Below, piece by piece: positions 28,362 to 44,722 of a stretch of DNA of 64,000 nt; position 1 is the stretch's first letter, and the number at the start of each line of letters is the position of its first letter. A program made the translations under genes and the position numbers. Under the pieces are notes generated by a model. That model saw only the letters and a program-made list of their open reading frames with translations. It had not been told where the DNA came from and searched no databases. Origin of the DNA: Eledone cirrhosa (taxonomy: Eukaryota); NCBI GenBank assembly GCA_964016885.1, contig OZ024741.1:53816001-53880000 (forward strand), written 5' to 3'.

Positions 28362-28448
28362 TATATATATATATATAATAAAAAATAAATAAAAAAGGGA
28401 AAAAAAAAATATTTGTCTTCCTAATAATCGTCTCTTTCTCCCTATTTT

Positions 28449-28540
<92 letters not shown>

Positions 28541-29120
28541 TATATATATATATATATACATATATATATAAATATGTGTGTGTGTGTGGGTGCGTGTGCG
28601 TGTGTGTGTATGTGTGTGTGTGTGTGTGTGTGTTTGTGTTCCCTTTGCATTTTTGTGTCTGAAATGTAAAGAAACCTTTCCTAAAATATCAAGCGTTAAA
28701 CAGATATTTTTCTTCATTGTACTGTGTCGTTTAAAGGTATTTAATCAGATGATGCATTATCGTATACCGACGGAGCGGAATTCTGATGATGATTCTAATC
28801 ACTATTGTCATAGTTTTGATCACGGTGTTGCCGTTGATAATGACGATGATGATGTAAGTGGTAGTGGGAATCTTCGTCGTGGCGGTCGTGGTGGTGATAG
28901 CATAGGTGTTGCTGGTGGTAGTGGTTGTAATTACAATGGCATGGTTCGATATTTCGATATTTATAAAACGGACAGTAATAAAGCCGAATAGACTTGACCC
29001 CGTGATCTCTATCCTCCCAAAGAATAACCCTACGCAATATATCCTTTGTGAGCCTGAAGCCAAATTCATATGCTTCGTAATATAGTCACTGACGTGTGTT
29101 TGGATCGGTGTCTAATTGCG

Positions 29121-29198
<78 letters not shown>

Positions 29199-29336
29199 AA
29201 GATACTATATATATATGTATATATATATATATGGGGGGGAGGGTATGTGTATGTATATGTAATATATATACGAGTGTGTGCATTTATATGCACATCTATA
29301 CATGCAGGTCCCCACCCACTCACAGAGACGCACATA

Positions 29337-29368
<32 letters not shown>

Positions 29369-29391
29369 CATACACACACACCACACACACA

Positions 29392-29494
<103 letters not shown>

Positions 29495-29521
29495 GATAGA
29501 TAGATAGATAGATAGATAGAG

Positions 29522-29567
<46 letters not shown>

Positions 29568-30072
29568 ATTGACAACTGGAGAGAAAAGGGAGGGGAGTAA
29601 GAAGGAGAGAGAAAGAAGTAGAGGGAGACGTACACAAACAAATACACACAGCACAAACGCGCGCATCGTAGAGTGTAATAATGAATGATAATCGATCCAG
29701 ATCTATTTGTTGAAACGTCTCATAAGAACTTCTTTTGTCCTGCGATGTCGATGAAAACGTTGAGATCAATGAATGCCGTCACATGACCCAATCCTCTGGG
29801 AGTATTTCGGCACCTAGTTTTTTTGCTGTTGTGTAACCGTATTCCATTAATCTAGGCTAGTTTCTCTTTTGTTTCTATACTTTTATATTTGAAAGACATG
29901 TAACATAATACATACAAACATACAGACATACAAATATACATACATTCATACATATATACATATATACATATATACATACATACATATATATATATACACA
30001 CATGCACACGTACATACATACATACGCACACACATACATATATCGACACACATACATACATACATACATACA

Positions 30073-31153
30073 TGGTGGCTGCCAACTCGTTTTCGAGTAT
30101 GGCCACTACTTTATATCCATGTAGGAGAACCCCTACCGATGTGCTGAACAAGTGTGACTTTTTAGTGCAGCCAGCGACATGAAAACTCTGGTACAAACAC
30201 TACACTTGTGACAATTATTGACACATAGTGCTGGGCCCATGCTACCACGTGACGACAAGTGCAGAGAGATCTCCAGATATAAAGCAATGCCTGTGCCGTG
30301 AAGCTTTTATAGTGAGCAAAGGCACTGCACATACATACATACATACATACATACATACATACATACATACATACATACATACATACATACATACATACAT
30401 ACATACATACATACATACACACATATATACTTACATATATTCATACAAACATACATCTACACACAAACATACGTACATAAAAGCATACATACATACATAC
30501 ATACATACATACATACATACATACATACATACATACATACATACATGGTGGCTGCCAACTCGTTTTCGAGTACGGCCACTACTTTATATCCATGTAGAAG
30601 AACCCCTACCGATGCGCTGAACGAGTGTGACTTTTTAGTCCAGCCAGGGACTTGAAAACTCTGGTACAAACACTACACCTGTGACAATTATTGACACATA
30701 GTGCTGGGCCCATGCTACCACGTGACGACAAGTGCAGAGAGATCTCCAGATATAAAGCAATGCCTGTGCCGTGAGGCTTTTATAGTGAGCAAAGGCACTG
30801 CACAAAGCCAGTCCCACTCTCTTAACCAAGATGATATTTACCAAAAAGAAGAACAAGTCAACATCATTGGATACCATCAGGGTTGCAGATGTTATATCAG
30901 AGTTTTCCTTCTCCTAGAATTCTGTCTTGACAAAGGCTAAGGCGTCATCTCTCCCACTGATTTTGGATGGGCATTGACCTTTAAGAGCTCCTTTGCCCTT
31001 TGACAAGTTTTGTTTTTATTCCTGCAGGATGTCCAAAGTCACCCTCCTCACCAAGAAACCTTGGTGGGGTTGCCAGTTTAGTCGCCAACGACCCGACCAT
31101 GGGACAGGTTGTACTGGGATACATGTTACCAGTAGCACCAACTGGTGACTTGA
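30073..31153 (-). mobile_element. Probable LINE 5' region embedded in (CATA)n, with a ~257-bp duplicated block
   Basis: 30073-30330 closely matches 30546-30803; (CATA)n at both ends and between the copies; the LINE identity is only an impression. Confidence 0.35.
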
Positions 31154-31195
31154 CGTACATACATACATACATACATACATACATACATACATACA

Positions 31196-31228
<33 letters not shown>

Positions 31229-31387
31229 CTAGTCACATACACAAGTACATAAAACATACATAAATGAATACATACATACCCATACGCACACATGCAAAGC
31301 ATCCATCTATCCATATATGTTTATATATATATATGTATATAAATCTACATACAAATAGAGACACACGCAATCACAAGTATATGTATG

Positions 31388-31444
<57 letters not shown>

Positions 31445-31447
<3 letters not shown>

Positions 31448-32190
31448 AGGTTACTCCGAGTTTTGTCATCCGCAGAAAGTATAATTAATCCGGAAGTATC
31501 TGCTTCAATTTTATTTAATTCCGGTGGATTCTGCTCTATATTATGTCACCGTTGTTTTAATGATAAAATGAGTAAGGTGTCGTTTACATTAGAGTGTGCC
31601 ATAAAAAGCAAGGTCACAATACTAACACTCCCTGTGTATTTTCCCATTATAAATGCCCCAATTGGTAAAATAAAACATAGTGCTTCCTTTTCTTTGTTTG
31701 ACTTAGAACCTTTGTTTTTTTGTAAATTTCTGTATTCACTGTACATGTCCATAATTTTCAGTTTCACTTCGTCTTTTCGTTGAGTCGCCACACCAGCTTT
31801 TTCCCACTGACTAACTACTTCCATCACAAGCCTATCCGCAATAGCACCATTGAAGCTAACATGCTTTTCATGTTTCATAGGACCATCTTTCAGGTAGAAG
31901 AAATATCTTAGAACATCCCCCTTTGTTGGTATTTTGTTTGGTGAAAAGGATGTAACATATTACCCCAGGAGCCATATTTCTCGATCATCACAACGAAGCG
32001 AGTAGCTACAACTAGGCCCACTGGTTTCCGCCCTTATTCTGCCAATTTGCAACTATTAGGCAAAGTTTAAATTAGTCTGAAATAATCAAAATTACATTAT
32101 AAATTGATATTGTACAAAATGGCATGAGAAAATGTATAGGGAGCTAAGAAAAAAACACTTTTGTGTAAAATGTGAGATTCTGGAACACCC
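31445..32190 (-). mobile_element. Sola2-like DNA transposon 5' part, decayed
   Basis: EIWLLG*...KIPTKGDVLRYFFY...VVSQWEKAGVATQRKD.VKLKIMDMYSEYRNLQKN; candidate terminus GGGTGTTCC at 32190. Confidence 0.6.
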
Positions 32191-32369
32191 TAGTTTACAT
32201 ATATATATTACAGATAAAGGATGATTAGCACGGAAAAGCGATATATTAGAGTTTTATTCCAAGCATTAACGCATTAACATATGTTTCATCGCTTAGTATA
32301 AAATTGATTATGTCTTGAAATCACTATCATCAATAGTTGATTGGTTATTGCGAAATTCGATATATAAGC

Positions 32370-32864
32370 AAACAGAAAACACGGAAGCTACTTCTTCATG
32401 GACAAATCCCGCTTTTCGATTGTCTTTCTGGAAATCATAGTTTCGAGTGTTTTATAAAACAGGACCATTCAGTACAATTGCATCAATAGTAACCACGGTG
32501 TTATCCATGGATATGTATTCGAATTGAAATCAGCACGGACGTTGGAGAAGAAAAGATAAACAGTCACAAAACAAAAGAAGAACAAATAACTACATACGGA
32601 TATGAGATATGAAATTAGTATAATTGAAAGAAACATAAATAAGAAACCGTAGTAGAAATGAAGGAGTGAATTAATACAGGTTAGTCCTAGAAATATCCCT
32701 AGATATCAATAGGAGAAACATGGCGAGGATTACTAGCCTGGTCGGTGTAAAATCACAAAAGGTTGAAACAAAGGCTTGGAATGGTAGGTCAATATTAAGG
32801 ACAGAGAGAGAGGGAGATTATAGGGTGATGGATATCGAAAAAGAAATAGGGAGGGGGAGAGAGA

Positions 32865-32940
<76 letters not shown>

Positions 32941-33412
32941 GTGATGCGGCCCCAGCTGTAGTACAAATTAGTTCAATCAGTAAGCCCTAGAAATAATATT
33001 GGTAGAAGAAACATGACGAAAATGACTGACCAGATCGGTGTTAAATCACACTAGGCTGAGACAAAGATTTCGAAGGATGCGGGAGTATTAAGGAGTGAAG
33101 GAGTGAAGAAAAACCGATCAGTAGATGGATATATAGAGAGAAATAGAGATATATAGATAGACGGAGAGAGGGAGAGAAAGAGAAAGATAGTGTTCCACAG
33201 CAGTAGTAAAAATCAGTGTGGTTTAGAAATTAGACTGTATGGTTATAATGATAATATCATTTAGAAAACACGTGGGAGAAATATAGGAAACAGAAAACGT
33301 GAAAGAGACAAACACAAGGACAATTCCTGCTTATCGGCTGTCTTTTGGGGATCATTATAATTTCGGATGCTTCATAGAACAGGACTATTCAAGACCAGTG
33401 CATCAATAGAGA
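32370..33412. repeat. Old A-B-B'-A' direct-repeat arrangement
   Basis: 32395-32490 resembles 33315-33410; 32680-32805 resembles 32980-33095. Confidence 0.55.
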
Positions 33413-33450
33413 AAATGGATGGAGATTAGGGATGAATACAACGGACGTGT

Positions 33451-33533
<83 letters not shown>

Positions 33534-33547
33534 GTATATGTATATAT

Positions 33548-33676
<129 letters not shown>

Positions 33677-33696
33677 TATCCATATATCCATCCATC

Positions 33697-34510
33697 TACA
33701 GAGCTGCAGTCCTGGCTCAAGCGAAGACCGAAGAAGATGGGCGCCTGGCACATTGAATGCGCCCAGACGCTCACAGTCCTCTGTCAAGCGGGCATAGCAA
33801 TCAGTGGAGACTCCACTTCGACATTCTATAGAGGGTCAGTACTTTACAAGTGCAACGACGTGCTCGGGGAGACTCTAGACATCGAAGACGACGAGCTGAC
33901 CAGTCTGTTCGGTAGGACTTTCCGCCTAGGACCTATGGACAACTTCCAGAGGTCCCTGGCTGGCAGTGCTACCGAGGAGCTCTACCTGTTCGAGACAAGA
34001 TCTACAGGCACGGACGCCCCGGCAGGGATCCTTCCAAGAGGACGTGTACACGATACGAGCAGGACATTGAAGCCGTATTGCACGCAATTGTACATTGCCC
34101 GGGCGTAACTGACCTGTGGAACTATGCAGAACAACTGCTGTCGGGTATGGGACAAATCCAGTTGACTGCCGAGTCCATAGTAAGGATCAAACCACCAGCC
34201 TCTTTCAAAAACGAAAGAGAGGCGGTTTTCCTCTGTACAGTGGCTATGGTGAAAGAAGTTATATGGTGGACGAGATTGAGAGGATGAGGACAGATGCCTT
34301 TCTCTCCGCACAACAATTGATTCCCTTCTTTAAGTGTCACTTTAGAAGAAGAATAAGAGTGGAGAGAGAGGCACTGCACCCCAGTAAATTTACTGAAAGG
34401 TGGGTGAATGAAGCGAAAATCGCCTGAGTGATTGGGCCTTCTCTGTTTCTAAGCATGTAGGCTTATAAACAACCCATTTGTAATACCTCCCCCCATTGGG
34501 GATTTCGATT
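33697..34510 (+). mobile_element. Tx1-like LINE 3' fragment
   Basis: [11 protein letters not shown]...[11 protein letters not shown]...HAIVHCP...VIWWTRL, homologous to the ORF at 56593-57780. Confidence 0.9.
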
Positions 34511-34520
34511 ATATATATAT

Positions 34521-34575
<55 letters not shown>

Positions 34576-34587
34576 TGGGGAGAGAGA

Positions 34588-34619
<32 letters not shown>

Positions 34620-34966
34620 TGGATAGATAGTTACGTATGTTATATATGTGTCTGGGGGTCGGTATGTAACTTTAGAGTGTGAGTAGGTAAATAATTAGGG
34701 CGGCGACATATAGGTTTGTTGGTTGGTAAATCGGTAGTTAAGTCGGGAGGCAGTTAAGTATGCTCGAACGTATGTATGTATGGAAAAAGAAAGAGGGGGG
34801 GGGTGAAGGAGGAGAAGAAGAAGAAGAAGTAGAAGAAGAAGAAGAAGAAGAAGAAGAAGAAGAAGAAAAAGAAGAAGAAGAAGAAGAAGAAATAACTGCG
34901 CAACAATAAGCTAACATCAAATCATTCTGTATTTAGTACTAGTAGATGTAATCTGTGTGTATGTAC

Positions 34967-35004
<38 letters not shown>

Positions 35005-35068
35005 ACATACACTTATATGTATATATAGAGATAGATAGATAGATAGATATGTATGTATGTATATATAA

Positions 35069-35130
<62 letters not shown>

Positions 35131-35288
35131 GTATATATATATAAATATATATACATATATATAAATGTATATATATATATATATACACGTTATATACATA
35201 CATTTACGTATATATATATATACATATATATACATATATATACATATATATACACATATATATATACATATATACATACATATATACA

Positions 35289-35341
<53 letters not shown>

Positions 35342-35576
35342 CCGACCACTTGTTAAGGTTGAGTGTTTTCTGCAGGCGGTCGATTATTCGCTATTGTTTT
35401 TGGAACAATCTATAGATATTCCATTCATTTCTGTTTTGATTATTTTAGTTTCAGGAGAAATTCTTGTACTTCATTTTTATATTTGTTTCTCATTTATTTT
35501 TGTTTATGTCTCTTTTATTGTAGATCTTGTCTGTATGTATACACACACACCCATACACACACATACACACGCACAC

Positions 35577-35690
<114 letters not shown>

Positions 35691-35702
35691 GCATACAAAT
35701 AT

Positions 35703-36421
<719 letters not shown>

Positions 36422-36438
36422 TATATAAATATATATAT

Positions 36439-36505
<67 letters not shown>

Positions 36506-36772
36506 TTTATATATATATATATATGCGTGTATATATTGTACGTATATCTATCTATCCACAGATGGATAGATAGATATCCGTACATACATAGATACATACT
36601 TTAGTTTGTGTTTTCTACGTACATCAAATCAAATAAGGTTATCCAGTAGATTCCGAATCGTTAACTTGTTACCTAAAGTATATGTAAATGCTTGAGTGCA
36701 CACACACACACACACTAACACATACACTCACATGTATATGTATACACACACACACACACATATATATATTTA

Positions 36773-36804
<32 letters not shown>

Positions 36805-36945
36805 AGTGGAACAAATTAGAGACAGGGAGAGAGATCGATCGTCGGTTGGTAGATACACATGAGTCTGTAGGTATATATGCATATATATAATGAAAGGTTG
36901 AGAAAGTGTGAGTTTGCAAGTGAGACATGGGAATAAAGAGCCAGC

Positions 36946-37030
<85 letters not shown>

Positions 37031-37361
37031 AGAGAGAGAGAGAGTGAGCGAGAGACAAAGCAGCATATATACGAATAACCAGCAGTACTTTAAGAATGAA
37101 TTTGGGAAAGATTGTTCTGCCAATGGGAGAATGTAAATTGAAGAGGAAGGAGACAAGATAGTACCATTGGGGAGTGAATGAGATAGTGTGAGTAATAGTA
37201 TGAGTACGACAGAGAGAGAGAGAGAGAGTGAGTGAAAGATAGAGATAGAGAGTGAAAAATAGGGAGGTAGATCGATCAGTAGAGACAGAGAGGATTATTT
37301 GACAGATTCTTAGAAGTGACTAAGGGATGGATCTGAACGATAGATCTGAATAGGATTACTT

Positions 37362-37367
37362 TGAGAG

Positions 37368-37454
<87 letters not shown>

Positions 37455-37603
37455 GAAAATGAGAGAGTGTGGGTGGGTGTGTCTGTGAGAGAGAGAGGGA
37501 GAGAGAGAGTGAGTGTGTGTGTGTGAGAGAGAGAGTGGGTGTGTGTGTGTGTGTGAGAGAGAATGTGTGTGTGTGTGAGCGAGAGAGACAGTGTGTGTGT
37601 GTA

Positions 37604-37635
<32 letters not shown>

Positions 37636-37669
37636 TGAGTGTGTGTGTGTGAGAGAGGGAGAGAATGAG

Positions 37670-37718
<49 letters not shown>

Positions 37719-38000
37719 ATGGGAGAGTGTGTGAGAGAGAGAGAGAGAAAATGAGAGAGTGTGGGTGTGTGTGTGTGAGAGAGAGAGGGAGAGAGAGTGA
37801 GTGTATGTGTGAGAGAGAGGGAGAGAATGAGAGAGTGTGTGTGTATGTGAGAGAGAGAGCGAGAGAGAATGAGAAAGTGTGAGAGAGAGAGAGAGAATGA
37901 GAGAGAGTGTGTGTGAGAGAGAGAGAGAATGAGAGAGTGTGTGAGAGAGAGAGAGAGAAAATGAGAGAGTGTGGGTGTGTGGGTGTGAGAGAGAGAGAGA

Positions 38001-38045
<45 letters not shown>

Positions 38046-38049
38046 AATG

Positions 38050-38081
<32 letters not shown>

Positions 38082-38220
38082 AAAATGAGAGTGTGTGAGA
38101 GAGAGTGGGTGTGTGTGAGAGAGAGAGAATGAGAGAGTGGGTGTGTGTGAGAGAGAGAGAATGAGAGAGTGGGTGTGTGTGAGAGAGAGAGAATGAGAGA
38201 GTGGGTGTGTGAGAGAGATG
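37362..38220. repeat. Compound (GA)n/(GT)n array with higher-order units punctuated by AATG
   Basis: Direct reading of the sequence. Confidence 0.9.
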
Positions 38221-38394
38221 AGAAGGGGAGTTAATTCGTAACAGAAATATAATGGGTAATGGGTGAGGTGTATTTGGGACATGTGACAGTCAAACAGTTT
38301 TCAAGTTAAACAGAAAGAGAATAAGTGTTTCTAATGAAGGCAGAAAGCCAGCAATTGGTGGGGCGGGGAAGGTGGATTACACCGACCCTAGTAT

Positions 38395-38580
38395 GTGGTG
38401 GATTGGCAGTATCGGTAGGGTCGGACGCCATGCTTTCCAGCATAGTTACGGCCTTTTACGGTCTGAGTTCAAATCCCGTCGAGGCTAACTCTGCCTTTCA
38501 TCCTTAGGCGGTCGAAAGAATAAAGTAGCTGTAATGTACTGAATAATTGATGGCCTTGTGCCAAAGGCAGACACAATGAT
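38395..38580 (+). mobile_element. Main-family SINE (more decayed copies at ~38985-39170 + and ~40420-40550 -)
   Basis: A/B boxes, conserved centre and tail. Confidence 0.85.
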
Positions 38581-39819
38581 TTTGCTGACCCTGGATGAAT
38601 GAACGGCAAAGTTAATCTCGGTTGGATTGAACTCGAAACATACTGTGCCAGAGTATATACCACTATGACTTTATCCAACACCTTTCCAATACGCGAGGTT
38701 GATTGAATGTTAGACGCATAGAAACACATAAACGTTATGAAAATAAGAACGAAAAACAGAGGAAAGGAGAGATGGGGAGAGAGAGGGGAATAGAGAGGGA
38801 GAGAGAGAGGGAGAGAGAGAGGGGAAGAGTGAGTGAGAGAGAGAGAGGGGAAGAGAGAGGAGAGAGAGGGGGAAAAGAGAGAAAGCGGATACGACAGGTG
38901 GGATAGGGTTGATATAAAACACTTTCTTCCAGGAAGGATTTACTTTATTTTACAGGAGATCGACAATTAATATGTAAAAGCATGGTGGCTTAACGGAATG
39001 GGTAGAGCATCGGATAAAATGTCATTGTAGTATTTGTTCAAATCCTTCCCTGGTCAATTTGGGGTTCATCATTCAGGGTCGGTAAAATATAGTACCAATC
39101 AAGTAGTGGTATTGATTTATCCTGCGCCCCAAATGTTGCTGGCCGTGTGTAGAAATTAGAAATCAATATATAGGACGCTTTGTAGAAGGGATCTATACGT
39201 CCAATTATCGAACTCCTTTCCAACGGGCTAATTATTACAGACAGAAGTATTCTGTCACCAGCGTTCTCGGATTCTACATATGACACAAAAAACATGCTGA
39301 TCAAATTTACGGAAATTGGAAGTAGATCGATCTTGACCAACAGTTAAGAAGAGTTCAGGAAAATCCGAGTGTGCAAAACAGAAAATCAGTTCATATTATA
39401 TAAGACTCCTCAAACTTCAGTTCAACTATTTACTCAATGTACGAATGTATGTCAACCATATGGGTCTTATTAATGGATAGATGCATGGTTTTCTGTTGGT
39501 TTCGAAGATGCGCGTTCCAGTTGTTTGATGAACGAGATTGTCTTCTCATGAAATCTATGTACAAGCAGCTGGGAATTCATCAGATGTTGTGTGACAATTC
39601 TGGCCATTTGAATTATTGGTACAACTCCTCTTACATTTGATAAAATGATAATATAAATATTAATAAAATTACACATTACAACAGTCTCACTACAGGAAAA
39701 AGTGGAGATTGTTTTATTAAATCAACATTAACTAGGGCAAATGATATTAATAAATAGATGAAAATAAATATCAACAACACAAATGTATGTATGGAGCTGT
39801 AATTCGTGTTGGAGTCATT

Positions 39820-40269
39820 AAAACAATGGCATTAAATTTGTGAAAATGTTCAAAGATTATGGAAGCCTAAAGAGTGAAATTAGATTTATCAGTGATAAAA
39901 AGTAAAATATAATGTTCTGTAACTAAAGATATTATACGAATTAATATGTATATCAGTGTATAGACATATTAGCTCTTAGCTATTAGTCGGAATATTGGTG
40001 AGGTGGCAGTTCGTAGATATACATACCAGATGATTTTGACGGTATGTGTAGACGTCAGTCGGCTTCTTTTCCGCTTGGTACGGAGGAAGTCTACGACATC
40101 GCAGTTTTGGAAGAGCGGTGTTCAGGGAAGTTCCAGAATGCGACTCGCTAAACGAAACCGGCACTCCGTGACAATCTCCTGCGTTGTACGTGACACTGCT
40201 CTCCGCAGAATCTCTTCGTTCTTAACCCGATCTCGCCAGGTGACCATTAGAATCTTATAATGGCACCTT
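39820..40269 (-). repeat. Local duplication, copy 1, containing an RTE 3' fragment
   Basis: Matches 41561-42046; minus strand RILMVTWRDRVKNEEILRRA. Confidence 0.8.
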
Positions 40270-40748
40270 CAACATTTACATCTGAGAAAGCCCACTCTCT
40301 TTCCTTGTCTGAACATAACCGACTTTTCTTTCCATAGAAAGAGTTAGCGAGATAAAGGAAATGAGAAAGGACTATAGAGAAAGAAGCGAATCCATTACTG
40401 ATTAGGACATTTGTTTATATCGACTTCGAAAGGATGAACGTCAAAGTTGACCTTGGTTGGATTTAAACTCAGAGCACGCAAAAAGCCGGATCGAATTTGC
40501 AAAGCATTCTACCTGACATTTTAACGAATTTGCTAATATGCTGCTTCAATAATAATTTAGGACAACATTAGAAGAAAGTTAAAGGAATTCACATAGAGAA
40601 AAATGGTCAGGTAAACAATAACAATAAAGATAAAGAAATAGATAATAATCAATAATAGATTATTAAGATCTTTATGGTGAGCACTGCCGTTTCGCCTCGA
40701 GTTCCCAAAGATCTTTCAAGAAAATGACTGACTTTGGTTTTGAACAAT

Positions 40749-40808
<60 letters not shown>

Positions 40809-41203
40809 AGATATATATTCATAAAATGTCTAACAGTCACAGAGGTGTCTCAATGAATATATCAGAACATTATAAATTCATAAACATATGTATCTGTTGG
40901 TTATATATATATATAGTTGAGTAAAACTGGCAGGTTAGTTAGTGGGCTATTTTACTTGTTACTTCTCTTCATCTTGGTCACGAAGCACGTTTTCTCATTT
41001 GGAAAAAAAATCATATGTTGCGGCGGCCACATGAAGGATTTTTCTCGTATTCCTGAGAAGCCCACTGATCATGTACCTTCTCACGACGTTAGATGTCTTA
41101 CTAGTTAAATGTTTCATATTGGTTTTGCACTATGAAACTGCTGGAGTGTATATAATTAATTCTTTTGATGTTATTTTGCTAACAGCTCCCATTTATGTAT
41201 TTA

Positions 41204-41345
<142 letters not shown>

Positions 41346-41560
41346 TATACGCATATATATGTATATATATATTTGTTTATGTATGCGGGTGTTCGTGTGT
41401 AATAAAGTTTAACAAGGATTTAGATTAAATCATTTAATTGATTGACAACGGCTTCGTTAGGCTAACTGAAATATTCCATTCCTATTAGAAGCTCATTGAC
41501 TAAATACAAATGATATTTACCTTAGATGCACCTAAATTATAGTGAGAGAGGGGAAAAGTA

Positions 41561-42046
41561 AAAACAATACCATTAAATTTGTGAAAATGTTCAAAGATTA
41601 TGGAAGCCTAAAGACGGAAATTAGATTTATCGGTGATAAAAAGTAAAATATAATGTTCTGTAACTAAAGATATTATACGAATTAATATGTATATCAGTGT
41701 ATGAACACTGATAGACATATTAGCTCTTAGCTATTAGTCAGAATATTAGTGAGGTGGCAGCTCGTATATATACATGCCAGATGATTTTGACGGTGTGTAG
41801 GTCGCTTTGGAATGTCCGACGCCAAGTAACTTCAGTCGGCTTCTTTTCCGAGTGGTTCGGGGGAAGTCCATGACATCACAGTTTTGGAAGAGCGGTGTTC
41901 AGGGAGGTCCAGAATGCGACCCGCTAAACGAAACCAGCACTCCGTGACAATCGCCTGCGTTGTACGTGACACTGTTACTCCGCAGAATCTCTCCGTTCCT
42001 AACCCGATCTCGCCAGGTGACCACTAGAATATTTTACTGGCCCCTT
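41561..42046 (-). repeat. Local duplication, copy 2, containing an RTE 3' fragment
   Basis: As copy 1, and retains a KVTWRRTFQSDL segment deleted in copy 1. Confidence 0.8.
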
Positions 42047-42908
42047 TGATGGAAATTGTTTAGATGGCTATCGGTCTTGGCAGTGCATTTCTAGGTAGAT
42101 GGCCATGGGAAGCTCAAAGCTGGTGTAGAAACGCAGCTTCATGTACGTGCTGATACACACATACTACTCACTCGTACAATTAGAACATATATGTACAATA
42201 ACACTTATTTATTGAAGTTTTAATATCAACGTTAATGTAATACATTAGGAAAAACAATATAAATTTATGTAAACATAATGCAGTAATAAATATAACTATA
42301 ATTAATTCAAGGAACAGTTAGTAAGAAAATTATGATTTAAGATGTATTAAAAGAGGAAATAGACTATTTTCAGAATAAAATTGTGATTATAATAAAGTCT
42401 AAATATACAAAAAATCAGATTCAATTCATACACATATGTATACTCACAAATATACACACATAAATTCAATATACAATTATATATATATATATACATACAC
42501 ATATGTCTACATATACACAATAAACCCACACATACAACACACACATACGCACACACATATATATGTATATGTATGTATGTGTGTGTGTGTGTGTCTTTGA
42601 AAGTGTCGTTGAATACGTATACACATACATGTACACACACCCACATATATATATGTTTGTGTCTGTGACTGTGTGTCGATAAATTTCTTTGTACACGCGC
42701 ACATTATTAATACCTTCAATGTCTACAGCGAGTTAATTATTTATGTCTCAACACGATATGAAGCCATTCTTGTCAAACAACAGTAACTTGGAAAAACTAT
42801 ATATATATATATACACACACACAGAAACACAGACACAGACACACACACGCAAACCCCCTCCCCCGCATATATATATATGTATATATATGTGTGTGTGTGT
42901 GTGTGTAC

Positions 42909-42975
<67 letters not shown>

Positions 42976-42977
<2 letters not shown>

Positions 42978-44700
42978 TATAAATTACACAATAATAAAAG
43001 CTATGTTCAAATCATTCTATTGCTGACAATCGTTTCTTCCAAACTATAGTTTGGAATCATCGGAGCAGTAGCAATGTTTGTACATATAATTAACCTCCTA
43101 TTCAACTGAACAATCATATAGATACATAGATATTAATGGCAACAACAGTTTCGTATTTACAGGGTGGAATGTCAGATCTGAATTCCTCACCACCATTAAC
43201 ACCTCACCTCTAGGTATTATCGGCATATAAGTACCCCCTCAGCATCTCACTCTTTGATCAGCTCATCACTCTACTTACCTCCTTTTTATCTCTAACTTTA
43301 TACTAGACAATAACTATTTAGAATAAACACAAAGCTAACACCATTTTATATAACCACTATAGCTTGCTTATATTATATTCAGTAATGGATAGATAATAAT
43401 AAGATGAGACACTTAATGTGGTATAGAAAAATAAATTATATTTATAATTAAATATATAAATTAATAGCATTATATATATGGGATTCACATATAACATAAT
43501 ATAATGTATATTAATAGCACAAGAGATTTAACTAATTAGACCTGTAAACAACCATACATTTTTTCCTGTAACTTTCTAATACTTTATTAAATAATGAATA
43601 GATAACAATATAATGATAACTTTAATGTATTATAGGAAAATAGATTCTATTCATAATTAAATATAAACAAATAGCATTATATGAAAGGGATTCACTTATA
43701 ATATAATGTATATCAACACAAAGGTTTTAACAGATTGGAGCTGTAAACAATTTTATATTTTTCTAATTTTTCTAATTTCTGTCATATACAATGTAATCGC
43801 TAGTTACCTCCCCTTTCGTATTAGCTCCCCTTAATATAAATCAAATTCACTAAACCGTTAGTAAAATCACTCCACAGCAACTTGAAACCTTGATAGCAAT
43901 ATAATAGGACCGGTGTACAATCCATAGCTGCGACTGATTAAAAACATTCACTAAAATAAAACATAGCTAATGTAATGGAAAAGATAGCAATAACATAGAT
44001 ACTCTCAGCACATATACATTTGAACATTACAGAAACAACAGTCATACTACATCCACCATAAACACATAGTTTTAATACAAAAACAGCTTTGTCTGATATG
44101 CTTATTTCATGTGATACCTTTGCCTTGCAAACAATTATATATGCCTAATACCATTGCTTGTTTACTTCCTGCATATGACTAATGCATTTGCACGCTCTTA
44201 CCGCTTGCATATGTACTGCTAGTGTCTTCGTTTTACAAGTACCTTTCTACCTTAATACCTCTTTAATTGTTATACTATTCCCTTATAATCTCTGTCGCTT
44301 ACATTCCAAACTGTACCTTTTTAATTTTTAATTTTCAATTTTTAATTTTTAATTTTAATTATTGTACAATTCTCTTGTAATCTATGGCGCATCCATTCCA
44401 CCCTGTAAATACGAAACTGTTGTTGACATTAATATCAATGTATCTATATGATTGTTCAGTTGAATAGGGGGTTAATTATATGTACAAACATTGCTACTGC
44501 TCCGATGATTCCAAACGATAGTTTGGAAGAAACGATTGTCAGCAATAAAAGGATTTGAACATAGCTTTGATTATTGCGTAATTTATATTCCGGCTCTGTA
44601 AAACATCTCATGTATTTACATTGAGCTATTTTTTCTTACTGATAATTAGGTAGTAATACATTACTGACCTTTCCTGTTTATAGTTGTATATAGTGTATAC
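42976..44700. mobile_element. Fold-back hammerhead element 4 with AT-rich body
   Basis: ~196-bp arms 42976-43171 / 44394-44589; TGCT-CCGATGA-TTCCAAAC-GATA-GTTTGGAA-GAAACGATTGTC/AGCA at 44498-44544; internal direct repeat ~43375-43570 / 43585-43765. Confidence 0.85.
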
Positions 44701-44722
44701 ATAACTATAAATATTATTATTA

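Noticed and set aside
29681-29723. Decayed hammerhead-like motifs here and near 6610, 26300, 32290, 40690 and 62490
   Set aside because: Two or more core mismatches or missing stems; cannot be told from chance without a family consensus
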